A stretch of DNA of 61,270 nucleotides, filler included, from Dugesia japonica (Eukaryota): the NCBI GenBank assembly GCA_001938525.1. It is 6 parts of 6 records of this genome, joined end to end, with 100 filler letters (N's around TTAATTAATTAA, not from the genome) between each part and the next. Parts side by side here need not be neighbours in the genome. Positions count along the whole stretch, not along the records: positions 9,221 to 20,723 come from MQRL01549894.1; positions 20,824 to 31,581 come from MQRL01616089.1; 4 more parts are not named here. One strand, 5' to 3'. How positions within the stretch are numbered: the first letter of the stretch is position 1; each line of letters starts with the position of its first letter. Shown here piece after piece: positions 12,933 to 27,095 of the stretch. Position numbers and translations under genes: made by a program. The notes beneath the pieces were generated by a model. That model saw only the letters and a program-made list of their open reading frames with translations, searched no databases and had not been told where the DNA came from.

Positions 12933-13705
12933 TTATTTGCTGAAAGTGACTTTGTTTTGACAAACCACTAAATTATCACTTAAAGTTTCCATTAAAGGTA
13001 ATTGATCCATTGACACTGAAACTATATTTTCATCAAGGATATTTGAATAAGTATCAGTGGAAATATTATAATTGCACGACGGATGAGAATGAGGATTATA
13101 GGAACCCGTTGATAAAGACGAACACAATGACTGCGTTTGTCTCGAGTCACTAAATCCACTGGCAATTAAACCTGATCGATGACAACAACATTGATTGTTA
13201 GCTGAAGAGGAATTTCCGGTTGCTCCATAATAAGAATTACAGTGATAAATATGACAAGGTGGACATGAAACTGTGTTAAATCCACTGAATTGATGCTGAG
13301 TATTGCAATACATATGTTGATGTGGATATGAATTATTGGGACCAAAATAAACAGGTGTATTATCTTGAATAATATTAGTTGGTGTTTGACAATTTATAAT
13401 ATTAAAAGAATTGTTTCCAGAATTCATACAAGGAGGATTATAAGAATGATTATAGAATGAAGATAACTGAGATTTAGAGGTTTCAAATGCCATGGGTGGA
13501 TTCTGAGAATGTGAAAAGTAGTGTTCGAGTTTTACAGCTGCAGTTTCAGATAAAGATGTATAATTTACGTTGTTTGAATGAAATGGAGTTTTTTCGCCAT
13601 TTAAATTTACAGCACTTTTCGCTGAACTCAGCGAACCGATTCCGGAACTAACTTCTGAAAGAGCTCCAATAACTGAGGATATTTCATTGAACTTTGAATC
13701 TTCCT
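12933..13705 (-). CDS. terminal coding exon of a host gene; Ser/Asn/His/Cys-rich low-complexity region, product unknown
   Basis: Frame open for ~257 codons from the acceptor TTTTCTTTGTAG|AG (exon start 13705) to the stop at 12933. No TE motifs or disablements. Upstream exons not identified. Confidence 0.65.
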
Positions 13706-14006
13706 CTACAAAGAAAACCTTTAAAATATTTAATATCTTTTAATATTTCACATAAAAAACAATTTTCTTTGTATAAGCTTTCAATTCCTTTCCATAATAG
13801 AAAACATTAATTGAAAAATCATTGAAATTAAATTCTATTTCACCCAACAAGAAACTATTTAAACGTGTTTTAATTATAAGATTATGGTTATTATCAAAAA
13901 TAGTAAAAATAAACTTGTAATTTAATTATTTTAATTATTTTTTACAACTGGTCTCAATTGACTAATTGTCATTTTCAGAAATTCTTAAACTATAAATATT
14001 AGACGT

Positions 14007-17000
14007 AGAGCATTCAATACTGGTACACCGAAAAGCAATATACTACGTGATTTTTCAATACCAATACCGGACACTCAATACTGGTATATCCCGGTATTTC
14101 AGTATTTTTTTTCATCAAATACAAATATTCATATTTTTCATAGGAGGTTTTGACTTATTCAAAATTTGGAACAAAAACCTATTAAGTTTAAACGAAATAT
14201 ATCTTTTAAGAGGATTTAAAAAAGAAATTACGGCTAAATTTGTATGTGTAACTTTGTAAAAATTTAGAAATTCGTTTCTACCATTTTTGTCTAAAGATAT
14301 TTTTCTTAAAGATGCATAAAGTTTATCATTTTGAATTTTTTGAAGCATGTATACATGTATTTATGAATGATTTTTAAAAAATCTTATGAATAGGTAAACA
14401 AAATACTTAGTGTGCTAGGAAATATTATATATTAATGTATGAATGTTTAGTTAATAAGTAAATTGTATGTTTAGTTAATATAGTAAATTTTATTTCATTA
14501 GGCATACTACATTTCTGGTAATTGATTTACGGTTGAAATTTTAATATTATCCTAGTTTTAGTTCAACTTCCTTATTCTATCATATTCTAATATTATTTTG
14601 TTTAACTTATTTTTAAAAATATTTTAGAATAAAATACAAAACTGTGTAAATTAAAACTGTTTAGAGTGAATCTATATTATTATTGTTGCGTTTTATATGG
14701 CAGGTGAAATTTTTTATGCCTACAAGTGTTTAGAAATTAATAAGTAATTNNNNNNNNNNNNNNNNNNNNNNNNNNNNNNNNNNNNNNNNNNNNNNNNNNN
14801 NNNNNNNNNNNNNNNNNNNNNNNNNNNNATTACTGATGTAACTGGCGACCACTGACATATCAATTCAATGACAAGGAATCAAGCAAGAGAAGCAAAAAGG
14901 ATTTATGAAGCCTTACCAAAAGAATCGTGAGAACTGATATTTCCAAGAATTACAAAAATTCTCAGGAAATTATGATGAAGATCCAATTGCCTGGTTGAAA
15001 GGAATTGAAACGTTCTCAGTCACTAATAACTTTCATCTCATGTCAACTTTTGATTTTTTTATTAGATGGNGACACTAAGGATTTATGGCTAGGTTGCAAA
15101 TCACGCATCAAAATGGACAACAAATCAACAAGAGAGTGGTTCAAATTAAAGTTCGTCAAAGATAAATCTTCTTTACGAATGATTAAAGATTTTAGTATAA
15201 TCAGTCAAAAGACTGATGAAAAAAGATATGAACATTTCGAATTAAAAATTACAAGAGCTCTAAAGGAAATATTCGAATCCGGATTATCAATGAAAAAAAT
15301 TGTGAAGCAAGTAATTCAAGAAAGAGTAAAATCTCAAGATTTAAAAAAGTCTTTGTCCTGAAACCAAATTTGAATGCTAATGATATGTGACAGTTAGCTG
15401 AAAATTATGAAAAAAAACGAAGACATTGAATTGTCATTAGTTAATAAATTATCCTATTCTGAAGTGGCGTCAGCTAATTACCACCCGATGTCAAAGAGGA
15501 TGGATACAGGAAAAATTACCGGTCGGAACTACATTCGAATTCCAGATAGGTCAGTGGTATCAAGGCCAGTTCCTGTTGTTATTGATCTAGAAACAAATTA
15601 TCAAATTCAATACCAAAAGCAAATCCAGAGAAACTTGCCGANNNNNNNNNNNNNNNNNNNNNNNNNNNNNNNNNNNNNNNNNNNNNNNNNNGACATCCAC
15701 GAAGTTCATTGCTAGAAAGTTGTATAATCAATCCAAAGGTTTTCCATCTCCAAGAGAAGAGATTTTGAGACCAGGTATGTGTTTTTGTTGTGGTTCAATA
15801 AGAAATTTCCGTAATAATTGTCCTCTAAAAGATTGTTGTTTAATTTGTGGAAAATCAGGACATAATTTTAGAAGTTATAGACTGATTGTGAAATACACAA
15901 GCGATGTTAGATGTATTGCGGATGAAACTAATGAAAAAGATGCAATAGATGTAATTTGCGATGAATTAGATGAAGTAGCACATGAGGGAAACTAATTAAA
16001 CGAGGTGGACTTCACTGTTTTAATTTCGTATGTGGAGTCAATACAGTAAGAACAAATCAAAATCGAAATTTAAACGTAAATGACGAAATGTATAAGAAGA
16101 GTGATGGAAGAATTTGGAGCGTAGTTAAAGTGAATGGTAGAGGTGTGGAGATGTTATGAGAACCAGTAAATATAAATATCGATTTCAGTAAATATAAATG
16201 CTTGTAAAAGATGTAGTTCATTTCCATTGGAAAATTCACAGATAAAATTGAGTGGAGAATTTTCGAAGGAAACCGTTAAATACTTAGGCGTCGGAAAAGT
16301 GAAAATTGAGAACCATAATATGAGCGAAACTGTCAATTTTGTGCTTGTACAGAGTATAAGTTTAGAGTTCATTAGGGGAATGGACATGNTCAAAGTTTTT
16401 AATATCCAATTAAAGATGATTGGATTAATCGAGTCAGATAATGTAATGTGCGATGTTTCTGATGAGGATCGTTTAAGAGTCACTATGGACGTTATCAAAC
16501 CAAGAGATGACACCTTGATAAAATTTTTAACGTGTTTCACCTCAATGTTCATGGCTCATACGTTTGACGGATAAACTTCCTATTCAAACAACGGGAAATC
16601 CTGTGTTACAACAGCCAAGACGATAAACAATGCATCCAGAAGTCAAGTTTGATAAGATTATTGAAAAACTGTCAAAAGCGCATTATAAAAGATTGCAGTA
16701 GCCCGTGGAACTCATATATGGTGATTGTTAACAGAAAGAGTGAAGTGTCAGGATTTCAGATTATTGAATGAACCAAATGATAAATTTTCGTTTCCTATGC
16801 AAGATCATCAAATGTTATTCAATCATCTTAGTGAGTGTACCATATTTTGAATACTAGATATTACTATTAATATCTAGTAATACTATCAATTACTGTCAAG
16901 CGTATTATTAGGTCGAACTAGAAGAGGAGGATAAATTTAAAACCGCTCTTTTTACAGATACAGACCAGTACTGCTATAATTGCATGCCATTTGGTCTATC

Positions 17001-19960
17001 AACCGCTCCGGCTATGTTTCAAAAATTAATGCATACAATTTTGTCGCGTATTCTATTTAAAGGCGTTGTAATTTATATCGATGATATTCTAATCTTTGCG
17101 ACAAATGGGAAAGAACATGATCGTATTCTATTAGAAGTATTTAAAAGAATTCAAGCATCTGGTCTTAAAGTAAATTCAGTCAAATGTAAACTGCATTAAG
17201 AAGAGCTCATGTTTTTGGGTCATACAATATCTGGATTAAAACCAAATTCGGAAAAAGTCAAGGAGATTGTTAAAGCTGAAATTCCGAAATGTACTAAACA
17301 GTTGTGATCTTTGCTTGGAATGGCAAACTATTACAGAAATTTTATAAAGAATTTTTCGCAACTTGCTACACCTTTATATGCTGCTACCGAAAGTCAAAAG
17401 CACGAAATAATGTGGACAAAGGAAATGCGAGACAAGTTTCGAGAAAATCAAGGAAGCCCTTTGTAACTCTCCAGTATTGGGGTATCTTGATTTAGAAGGT
17501 CAATTCATTCTGGATACTGATGCTAGATTTTCAGGAATCGGTGCTGTACTGAGCTAATCACAAAACGGTATGGAAGTCGTAATAGCATATGTGTCAAGGT
17601 TGTTGAACGCACATGAAAAAGGATATTGCGTGACCAGGAAGGAGTTATTGGCTCTTTATGAATTTATTCGGCATTATCTTTATAAAAAAAAGTTTTTCGC
17701 GAGAACCGATCTCAAAGCTTTAGATTTTATAAAGAATTCGAAAAAACCAATTACGCCGCAGTTTCAGACTTGGATGAACGAGTCATGAAAATATGATTTC
17801 GTATTGAAGTACAGGAAAGGGGAACATTATTCCAATGCTGATGGTATGTCAAGACTGATGTCCAGTTATTGTTCACAATGCAAGACTGAACATAAAAATG
17901 TCAAGTCTAAATCGTCTAAGGTAAAATATTTAAATGTTATGAACGTTTTTAGAAGTGATTCACACAATTACATAAAATAATTTAAAGAAGATGAATTATT
18001 TAAGGAAATCAAAAATTCATTTGATGGACAAAATTGTTAAGTTATCAGAAATGGTAAAAATCTCCTAGTATTTTAAATATTTAAAAAGAGTTTTAATTGA
18101 AGATGATATGCTATTAATTGAGTCGGGTGATGAGCAAAGGATTGTGATTTCAAAAAGATGTGTAACCAATTTCGTAAACAAAATTCACAAAGATTTATGT
18201 CATGTTGGAATAAAGAAGACAAAAAAATATGAATCTGATTATTTCTTCTAGCCGAATATGATTACGGATTTTCAGAATGCTATCAGAGAATGTAATTTTT
18301 GTATGCACTGGAAGGTTAGTAGTGGGAAAGTTAAGGAAATATTTATACCAGGATACGCAGCTAATTCAATGAAACATATTGTGATAGATGTTGCATACAT
18401 GGATCACAGAAAATCCTACAAAAAATACATGATAGTCATAATTGATCAGTTCAGCACATTAATCAGTCTTTATGCAGTCACAAATCAAAACGAAAACACA
18501 AACAAAGGTACATTGTTAAATAACTGGATTTATAAATATGGAAAACCTAAATGCATTGTTTCTGCTCGAGGAAGATTTTTTAAAGGAAAGGTTTTACAAG
18601 AGTTTGCTTCAAGATTCCATATTTCATAGATATTTACATTTCCTCATGAGCACAAGTTAAATGGTTTAGCAGAACGCGCAATTAGAACTGTCAGAACTAT
18701 GATAGCAACATCCTTGAAATCTGGAAGAGAGGAGATGCGTTAAGATGAAATTTTTTCAAAAGTGGAGTTTCCATCCAATTGCACGATATCAAAGGCAACA
18801 AGATTCTCTCCGATGGAAGTTATCTATGGAAGGAAAATTAATATTCATTCAACGAAAGAATTCAAGAGTAACCGTGAAGTTCTGGAAAAGGCCGATAGTA
18901 ACCTAAATGAAACTTCAAATAAAAATGATTATTCAAGAAGGAAACCGAGTTGAAAGGTAATTTAAAGTATAAAGTTCTAGTAAAGAGAGATCCGGCAAAA
19001 CGAAAGAAAAACGATTATATATATATATATATGATGGGCATTCGAAATTATGGAATTCTTATAACCTCATCAAAAAAAGGCAGAATTCAGAAAGTTCCAA
19101 ATACAGGCGTATAGAGTGGCTGAAAAGGTGTTAAAAATCTGGAAGAGACGGANNNNNNNNNNNNNNNNNNNNNNNNNNNNNNNNNNNNNNNNNNNNNNNN
19201 NNNNNNNNNNNNNNNNNNNNNNNNNNNNNNNNNNNNAAGATGTCAATTATTGCTGATTTAACTTAAGTAAATATAGTATCTTCGCATTTAATTATTTTTA
19301 TCACTTATTTCAAATTTATTTTATTCAAAAAACCGTGTAGTCATTGTTGATAAACATAAAGAATTTGAAGAATTTAAAAGAGGACTTCAGAACAAAAACT
19401 CAGTGTGGCATTACTTTTTGAGCAAAAAAACTGGGATTGTAGCAAAATTTAAAATTTGTACTAAAAAATAAAGACTACCAATCGGTGGACTAGTAGACTC
19501 CAGACTCATTTAAAGATTCATATTTATTTAAGTTTCAGCTTTGTTTTCCACTATCTGAATCAAGAACTATAATTTAATTTTATTTACGAAAAGTGAAGAC
19601 AGAGATACCCTGATGATATTACTTGCTAAAATGACTGCCACCGATGGCTTGCCATTCAGAGTTTTTATAGCTTTAACTGATCTAAGAAAATCGCTATTAG
19701 CTCCAGGTTAAGACGTTCCAAAATTATCCGTATTTATCTGCTAAATAGTTATAGAATATTCAAATAAAATTTGAAACACCATAATTAAAGAATTATCAGA
19801 ACTTCAACGACCAGTAATTCGATTTAGTCTTACGTTTGCTAAGTGGACTTCTGTAAAATATAGATGTTATTTGCACAATAATGTTCATTCACGAAAAAGA
19901 ATTGAGAATTTGGATTTATCCAAGTTGACAGCTCGCCTAGCCTCCATTTTTAAGCCTATA
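14007..19960 (+). mobile_element. hAT DNA transposon split by a Gypsy insertion
   Basis: Terminal-like region with repeated AATAC(C/T)GG motifs at 14007-14100. Transposase remnants at 19330-19900: LAKMTATDGLPFRVF and RFSLTFAKWTSVKYRCY (degenerate catalytic D-x-W-T-S). Linking the two parts is inferred. Confidence 0.55.
14530..19290 (+). mobile_element. near full-length degenerate Ty3/Gypsy element (gag-PR-RT-RH-INT), tRNA-Arg PBS
   Basis: PBS TGGCGACCAC 14843-14852; gag with CCHC knuckles (15720-15995); RT MPFGLSTAPAMFQ and YIDD (16984-17199); RNase H YCVTRKELLAL; integrase 18258-18953; PPT GGAAGAGACGGA 19141-19152. LTRs partly in gaps, so ends are approximate. Confidence 0.92.
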
Positions 19961-21569
19961 GACTTGATCTTGATAACATTTGACTCGGAATTAAAAACTG
20001 CCTATAAATTTTCTAAAGAACGTTTTTTGTCAAATGCTTCGTTCTCGCTGGAAGGAGTGTAGCGCACTGTATCACTTATAAGGATAATAATTATAATTAT
20101 AATTAAATAATAATTTTTCGTTAAACATTTTATCGCCATTGGAATCAGCATAAAAAACTGTATATACATTGTTTCTACGAAAATGTTTTTTTCACAATGT
20201 ATCTTCCCTCGGCCGATGAAGTAATATCGAAATTTGGCTTTTGATATAAATATAAAATTAAGATAAGATTGTCTCGAGAACATTTATCCTAAAATATTCC
20301 CTTTTTTATTAAAATAGCAGTAAAGGTACATAACAGTTAATTAGGACAGCTTTCATTTTTAAATATCTTATGATACAAACCTGATATTGGTTGATGATAA
20401 ACACAATTATTTAGTTTAAATTTTAGTGAGTCTTATACGTAAGAAGTTATTAAAGATTTCAACTTTTAAAATCGTATAAAACCGTTAATTTTAAACATAC
20501 TGTTTGAAAAGCGATATCATTTGATAGAAAATAAAAATTAAAATATATAACACTAAAATCATTTCGAGAATAAGTGTTTTTCTTACGGTGCTATCAGTAA
20601 AACCAGAAATTCAATTCTACGGTGGTCAGTGCCAATTTGCTGATTTGAAACCACTATCATCAAAAAGGGAATCGAAAACCATCTACACATTGCCTACGAC
20701 TACTATCGAAAAATGCTTCCTTCNNNNNNNNNNNNNNNNNNNNNNNNNNNNNNNNNNNNNNNNNNNNTTAATTAATTAANNNNNNNNNNNNNNNNNNNNN
20801 NNNNNNNNNNNNNNNNNNNNNNNTTTCATCTTTTCATCTTGAATTACTGTTTGTTTTTCATTAATATTGATGGTTGCAATGATATTTTCTATTTCTTTTT
20901 GATTAGTAACATTTTCAAGTCCATTTTCTCCTTGAACAGATTTTTCAAGAAACATTTCACAAGTATTCATTTTGTAAAANNNNNNNNNNNNNNNNNNNNN
21001 NNNNNNNNNNNNNNNNNNNNNNNNNNNNNNNNNNNNNNNNNNNNNNNNNNNNNNNNNNNNNNNNNNNNNNNNNNNNNNNNNNNNNNNNNNNNNNNNNNNN
21101 NNNNNNNNNNNTGTGTGTATCACAACTAGTATATAAGCAAATGTTTACATAACATTAATCACTTTTACAAATTAAAAAATGAAAGAAAACCAACTCACTA
21201 AGGAAAATGTCTCAAAAATAACTGTGGAACTTGGAAAAATTACAGATTTCCATAATTACAAGTTGTTCTTTTTGAAGACTCCAATTATCTATGACTTCAA
21301 ATTAATTATTTTTTATTTCAATAAAAAGATCCAAATTTAGTTTGTTTCTATGTGGAATTCATGAGTAGGATAGAAATATACTTAATGTTTGCTTAGTGTT
21401 ACGTTTTTTCTTATACTGAAATAAATCTTTATGAAAACAAAGTCTTTTTAATTTTAATAGCAAATAATAAACTTATNNNNNNNNNNNNNNNNNNNNNNNN
21501 NNNNNNNNNNNNNNNNNNNNNNNNNNNNNNNNNNNNNNNNNNNNNNNNNNNNCTTCATAAACCTTAAAT

Positions 21570-22225
21570 TAAACGTTTGCTATGTAAATAATTCCCTCAT
21601 AAGTCTTATATTTCATAATCCTTATAATACATGGATGCTATGTAAATAATACAAGGTATTTAAGTAAAAACAAACAGACTCATAAACCATATAATACATG
21701 GTTACTAGGTAAATAATACATACAAAAATCATTAAACGGTGGTTTTCTAAAATAATATACGCGTAAACCCTATAATACACGGTTTTTATGTAAATAATAC
21801 AAGGTAGCTATTCAAATAATATTCTCATAAACCTTATAATACAGGGTTACTATGTATTAATACACACAAAATCCCTATAATGCATGGTTGCTATGTAAAT
21901 AATACACTCATAAGTCTTATATTTCATAAACCTCATATTTCATGGTTGCTATGTAAATAATATAAGGTTACTAAGTCAATACTACACCCATAAACCCTAT
22001 ATTACAAGGTAACTATGCAAATAATATTCTCATAATCCTTATAATACAGGGTTGCTATGTAAATAATACATGGTTGCTGTGTAAATATTACACTCATTAG
22101 TCTTATATTTCATAAACCTTATATTTCATGGTTGATAAGTAAATAATACACTCATAAACCTTATTATACACGGTTACATGTAAATAATATACTCATAAAC
22201 CTTATAATACATGGTTACTATGATT
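21570..22225. repeat. ~42-bp degenerate tandem array (TAAATAATACACTCATAAACCTTATAATACATGGTTGCTATG)
   Basis: More than ten visible copies; the same unit recurs at 50740-50920 and 51890-51930. Confidence 0.9.
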
Positions 22226-22399
22226 TGTCATCTGAATTATGTAAATAAATCCTATAAAACAAGGTATCAATGCAAAACATACAATCATAAAGCATCTTTC
22301 TTCTTTAACCCTTCTTAAACCCTATTTAGTTATCAAAATATTTACTTATAAGTCTTTTTATATAGGCTTATTAGCAATATGGAAAGTTTCTATGTTTTC

Positions 22400-22810
22400 A
22401 TCATTTTGTATGGAAAATTGTCACTACATATTTGTTTATTATAGAAAACCTACATCACCAATATGTTTTTTTATAGAAATATTGTCGCTAGTAATGTTTT
22501 TATGGACAAATTGTATCACCAATATGTTTTTTTATAAGAAAAATGCATCAGCAATATTTTTATTTTTGGAAAATTGCATTGTCAATATGTTTTTTATTAT
22601 GGGAAATTGGATAGTTAATGAGATTTTTAATTTAAAATTGCCACGGTAATGATATGTTTTATTAAACATTACATAGGTATGAGATTTTTTATTTAAAATT
22701 GCAACAGTAATGAGATTGTTTATTAAACAATGCAACTGTAATGAGATTTTTTATTAAAAATTGCATCGGTAATGATATTTTGTAAAGAAAATTAGCACTA
22801 GTAAAATGTT
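22400..22810. repeat. ~32-bp degenerate tandem array (TTTTTAT..AAAATTGCA..AGTAATGA)
   Basis: About a dozen visible degenerate copies. Confidence 0.75.
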
Positions 22811-22879
22811 TTTAAATAAAGTTCTATGTTTTTTATCATTTTGTAATGAAAAGCTTTAATTTGAATATTTATTCATATA

Positions 22880-23190
22880 AATATCATAAAGACTCTCCTC
22901 TTTGAACTTTTTTATTTGAATATTTTAATAAAAGTTTTATTTTATTATGCAAATATTACAAAGACTCTCCTCTTTGATTATTTTTGATAGATACATTTTA
23001 ACATGTAAATATCTCAAATACTCCCCTCTTTGAGGTTTTTTGACAAATATATTTTATTGTGTAAATATCACACAGACTCCCCTCTTTGATTATTTTTTAT
23101 AGATAAATTTTAACATGTAAATATCTCAAATACTTCCCTCTTTGAAGTTTTTTGATAGATAAATTTTAACATGTAAATATCACAAAGACT
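22880..23190. repeat. ~52-bp tandem array (AATATCACAAAGACTC(T/C)CCTCTTTGA...)
   Basis: Five to six visible copies. Confidence 0.85.
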
Positions 23191-23525
23191 GGCCATAACA
23201 TGCATAAATTTCTTGTACAAATATCTTAAAGAATATCAAGACTGCCCATATCTTGTAATAATATCTTAAAAATATCAAGATTGCCCATAACATGCATTAT
23301 TATCTTGTAATTATCTTTAAAAATATCAAGACTGTCCATAACATGCATAGATTTCTTGTAATAATATCTTAAAAAATATCAAGACTGCCCAAATTTTGTA
23401 ATATCTTAAAAAATATCAAGACTGCCCATAACATGCATAAATATCTTTAAAAATATCAAGATTTCCCATCTTATGCAAAATATAGAGACTCTGCATGCAA
23501 AATATCAAGACTATCCCATCTCGTT
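23190..23525. repeat. tandem array (AAAATATCAAGACTGCCCATAACATGCAT)
   Basis: About eight copies; the same unit occurs at 52110-52375. Confidence 0.85.
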
Positions 23526-24554
23526 CTTTAAAAAGTAATTTAATTTAATTTAATTTAATTTAATTGCAATAAAAGATTTCCCCCCATTGCAATGAAAAAT
23601 TTCCTTTTTTTAAATTTCATGCTAAAATAGTTTTTTTTGAATTTCCAGCCAAAAAGATTTTTTTAAAATTTCCCGCCAAAAACGTTTTCAAAAATATCGA
23701 GACTCCCCACTTTCCCTGTCAAAAATCTTACAAAACAACACTTCCCCGATCAAAATACCGAAAAAATAACCAAAAATACATCAAAAACTCAAAAATGATA
23801 TTACTTTCATTAAATTCATCAAATTAAGCAATATACAGCATTTTTTACCAAATTAATTATTTCGAAAATTTATGACGTCATAACGATCTGAAAGAAATAT
23901 TTCAAATAAATCTTTTAAAATCCGAAAATTAATTCTCTTTCCACACACACCAACCTCCCCTCACGAAAAAATTTTTGAAGACATCTTTACTACTTACAAA
24001 ATAAACCAATCAAAAAGTAGCCCTTAAAATAAAAAATCAAAGCACATTCGACAATCAACATCTTTACCATCACATTACCTCTCCAACAAGCCATTAAACA
24101 AAAAATTCCATCAACAACATAAAAAACTACAACCAAAAGAAAAACCACCCGCAATAACTCATATTTTGTTCCTGTGTGCCACTACCCTTGTAGTGAAAAC
24201 CATCCATTCAAAGTCATAAGTCCTTTAGACAAAATATAGACCAAATTTTTGTCCGACAAGAAATAAATCTTCAAATTCCAAAAAAATTATCTCCAAGATC
24301 TCCAGTTACTCTTCCTCGTTTTTCAAACTTTTACACACACCCACACACAACCAGTCACACAAACACAACTTGACCTACTTTTTAAAAAGCACCTTAAAAA
24401 CCCAAACACAAAGAAAATTTAAAATTTAAAAATACACACACCTTCAGGATCAAAAAAAAACTAATCAGATAAAAAAAAATTTGATCCCAAAAATCATGGT
24501 TAAAAAACGAATTTAGGCTCATTGCCAAATTGTGCCCGTGTGCCACTATTTACC

Positions 24555-25420
24555 TACTGTGATGATATTCATGAAACTGTTGAAAGAATTGGCTAATAAA
24601 AACACATCCAACTTTAAATACATTATCTTGTTATCCAAAAGACTTTTACATCCAGTTAATCTACACATTTTAATTCTTTTTTTATATTCTTGCTCGCTAA
24701 CTTCCGTCCACTTTTGTGGGACACTTGTAGTTTCTACCAGAATGTGTAAAATATTGTTTATTATATGAGAATTTCCTATTCACAAAACTAATCTTTTATC
24801 TTTAAACTCATTTATAGTCAAAAGTGTCTCTTAAGGATTTTACTGCTGCCTCCAGATAAAAATTAATAAACTTGTAGAAATCAAGAAATCTAATTTACTC
24901 TGGTAAAGAATTAAATGTGTGAATTTTTCTCTTGTTGCGGTTATACAAAATATTCTCTAACATAGAAATCTGTTGATGTCATACTTGAGTATATTATGTA
25001 AACTATTTCCTCGCCATTTGTGACAAAACAACTGGTAGTTGTACATTTATTGTTCTACTTAAATTGTATTTACTGCGTGTTCTTTGCTAAAATGATCATG
25101 ATCACAAACATAGTTGATTAATGTATTTTGACATAAGTGACAATTTGTGATAGCAACAAATGATATATCTTGTGTTAATCTGAATACATCCCTTTTCTTT
25201 ACGTTTGTTTGATAATAAGAGTAAAAGACCTTACTGCTGATTTATTTTGCTGCTTTTAATAAATCATATACGCAATCATTTTCAATATACTGACTGTATT
25301 TTACTTCGTTGGTAAATTTTTTTGACAACAAAAGATAAGATAAATAAGATAAACAGATAAATGTTTCTGGAATTGTTTTTGTCCTGTACCAATACTGATT
25401 CGTATTGAAATTTTTTCGTT
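24555..25420 (-). mobile_element. Polinton protein-primed DNA polymerase B, N-terminal/exonuclease part (pseudogene)
   Basis: Minus motifs NCHLCQN..VCDHDHFS (cf. CxIC..RDHCH), LHNILKYD (cf. FHNxxxYD) and RFLDFYKF (cf. RFIDSxxF). Confidence 0.65.
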
Positions 25421-26820
25421 TAATAATAGTAGGTGCTTAGGTGCACACGAGAGAAGTTGAGAATAAAATTTAGTTTATTACATAATCAATGCACACATAA
25501 CAAGCATGAAATTTGTCATATTGCATAATTACTTTTACAATTACTTTTACAATTTGGAATAACATAAAACAATACACAACTACCATGTTACATAATAGAA
25601 AAATATTATCATTCTTAATCTTATTTTATAATTACTTACAATTGTTTCTTTAAACAACAATAAAATATATATTACATATTAAATATTTTAACACCATAAA
25701 TGTATATTTCATATTATTATCAATATGAATAAATCATTTTTTATTTTTCTTAATGTTCATATACATTTTAATACCGATAAAAAATTTTCGTTACTTATAA
25801 ATAACATACACATAATAAATAAAGCAAATATAATAAATATAAAATAACAATTATTTATAACATTTAATTATACATTTGCATTCTTAGTCAAATTTTACAT
25901 AAAACAGAGCTCATTTATATATAGCTACAAACGCACACATGCAACATGACTTTTACAAAATTTTCCAATAAATTTTCAACTTCGAAAAGTACTTCAATCA
26001 CACCTATGATTTGACTTTTACCAACATTTACCAATAAAATAACTTATCAAATAAAATTTAAGATTAATTTTCCAATCAAATGATTTCGCCACATCGAAAT
26101 TCCATTACTGAGTTACTTAGTTTCTCAATGGAATATAGTTTACTCAATACAATTTACATCACTTAGTTATTTCGAGAAAAATATATTTACTAATTGATAC
26201 AGTTTTTAATTCTGAGTCTATTAGTATAAAAACTTTCAAAATTATTAATTGTATCATTATAATTATAATTTATAAATTATACTATAATTACATATTATTT
26301 CCTGAAAAAAGTATTTTTATACAGCAAATTTGTATACATAAAATGTTCAGTTTTATATTTTGAGTTCAAAAATACTAAAGTTGTTTAATAATCATAAGTA
26401 TTTCCAGATTAAAGAATTTTTATCCATGGCGGGACATGACACCTTGCAATTTTCTATCATGAGAACGAAGCTTATCTACATAAGCCTACATAAAATATAT
26501 TCATAATTTATTCTGAATCAAATGGTGGTATTTACAAACCAATATAAGAAATTTATAAAACAAGTCAAAGTACTAAGCGCTTCTACTTCTTCTGAGAGAA
26601 AAGTAATATAATATTCATAAAGAGAACTTAATTATGAGTTCAACCATACCAAATTTAAAACCACACGAAAAATTGACCGAAAAAATTATAAACCAAAATA
26701 ACATTTTTCGAACTTACCGAGCTAAAAAGTGACCAATCAAATTTGAAATCAGAAATTTTTGCTACCCATATTTTCTAACAATCAATATCAGATCCGATGA
26801 TTACTTAAAACTAATCTAAC

Positions 26821-27095
26821 ATGGTGACAGCGGTTAACATCGATGCTATCACATACAGATTGTTAGCAAAATTGTTTGCAGAGACAATTATCTAAATAAG
26901 TTTATTAAAAGGTATACTTAGAGGCAAAAAACATCGTTATTAAGATTGGTCAAAAAATAGAATCTTGTAAGCTATCAAAGTGGTAGTGAAAAACTTGAGG
27001 TGTTCTTTAAAAAAGTGAAAAATTTGGTTGACCATAATAATAATCATTGTAAGGATTAAAGTTGAAAATTGCAATTAAAAGTTTGAAGAAGAAAA
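26821..27095 (+). mobile_element. Gypsy gag start remnant with tRNA-Leu-like PBS, internally deleted
   Basis: CTAAC-A|TGGTGACAGCGGT; translation MVTAVNIDAITYRLLAKLF..NKFIKR is homologous to the 57140 and 8684 gag starts. Confidence 0.65.

Noticed and set aside
21570-23525. CRISPR-like array
   Set aside because: Degenerate head-to-tail repeats without unique spacers, no cas genes, eukaryotic context.
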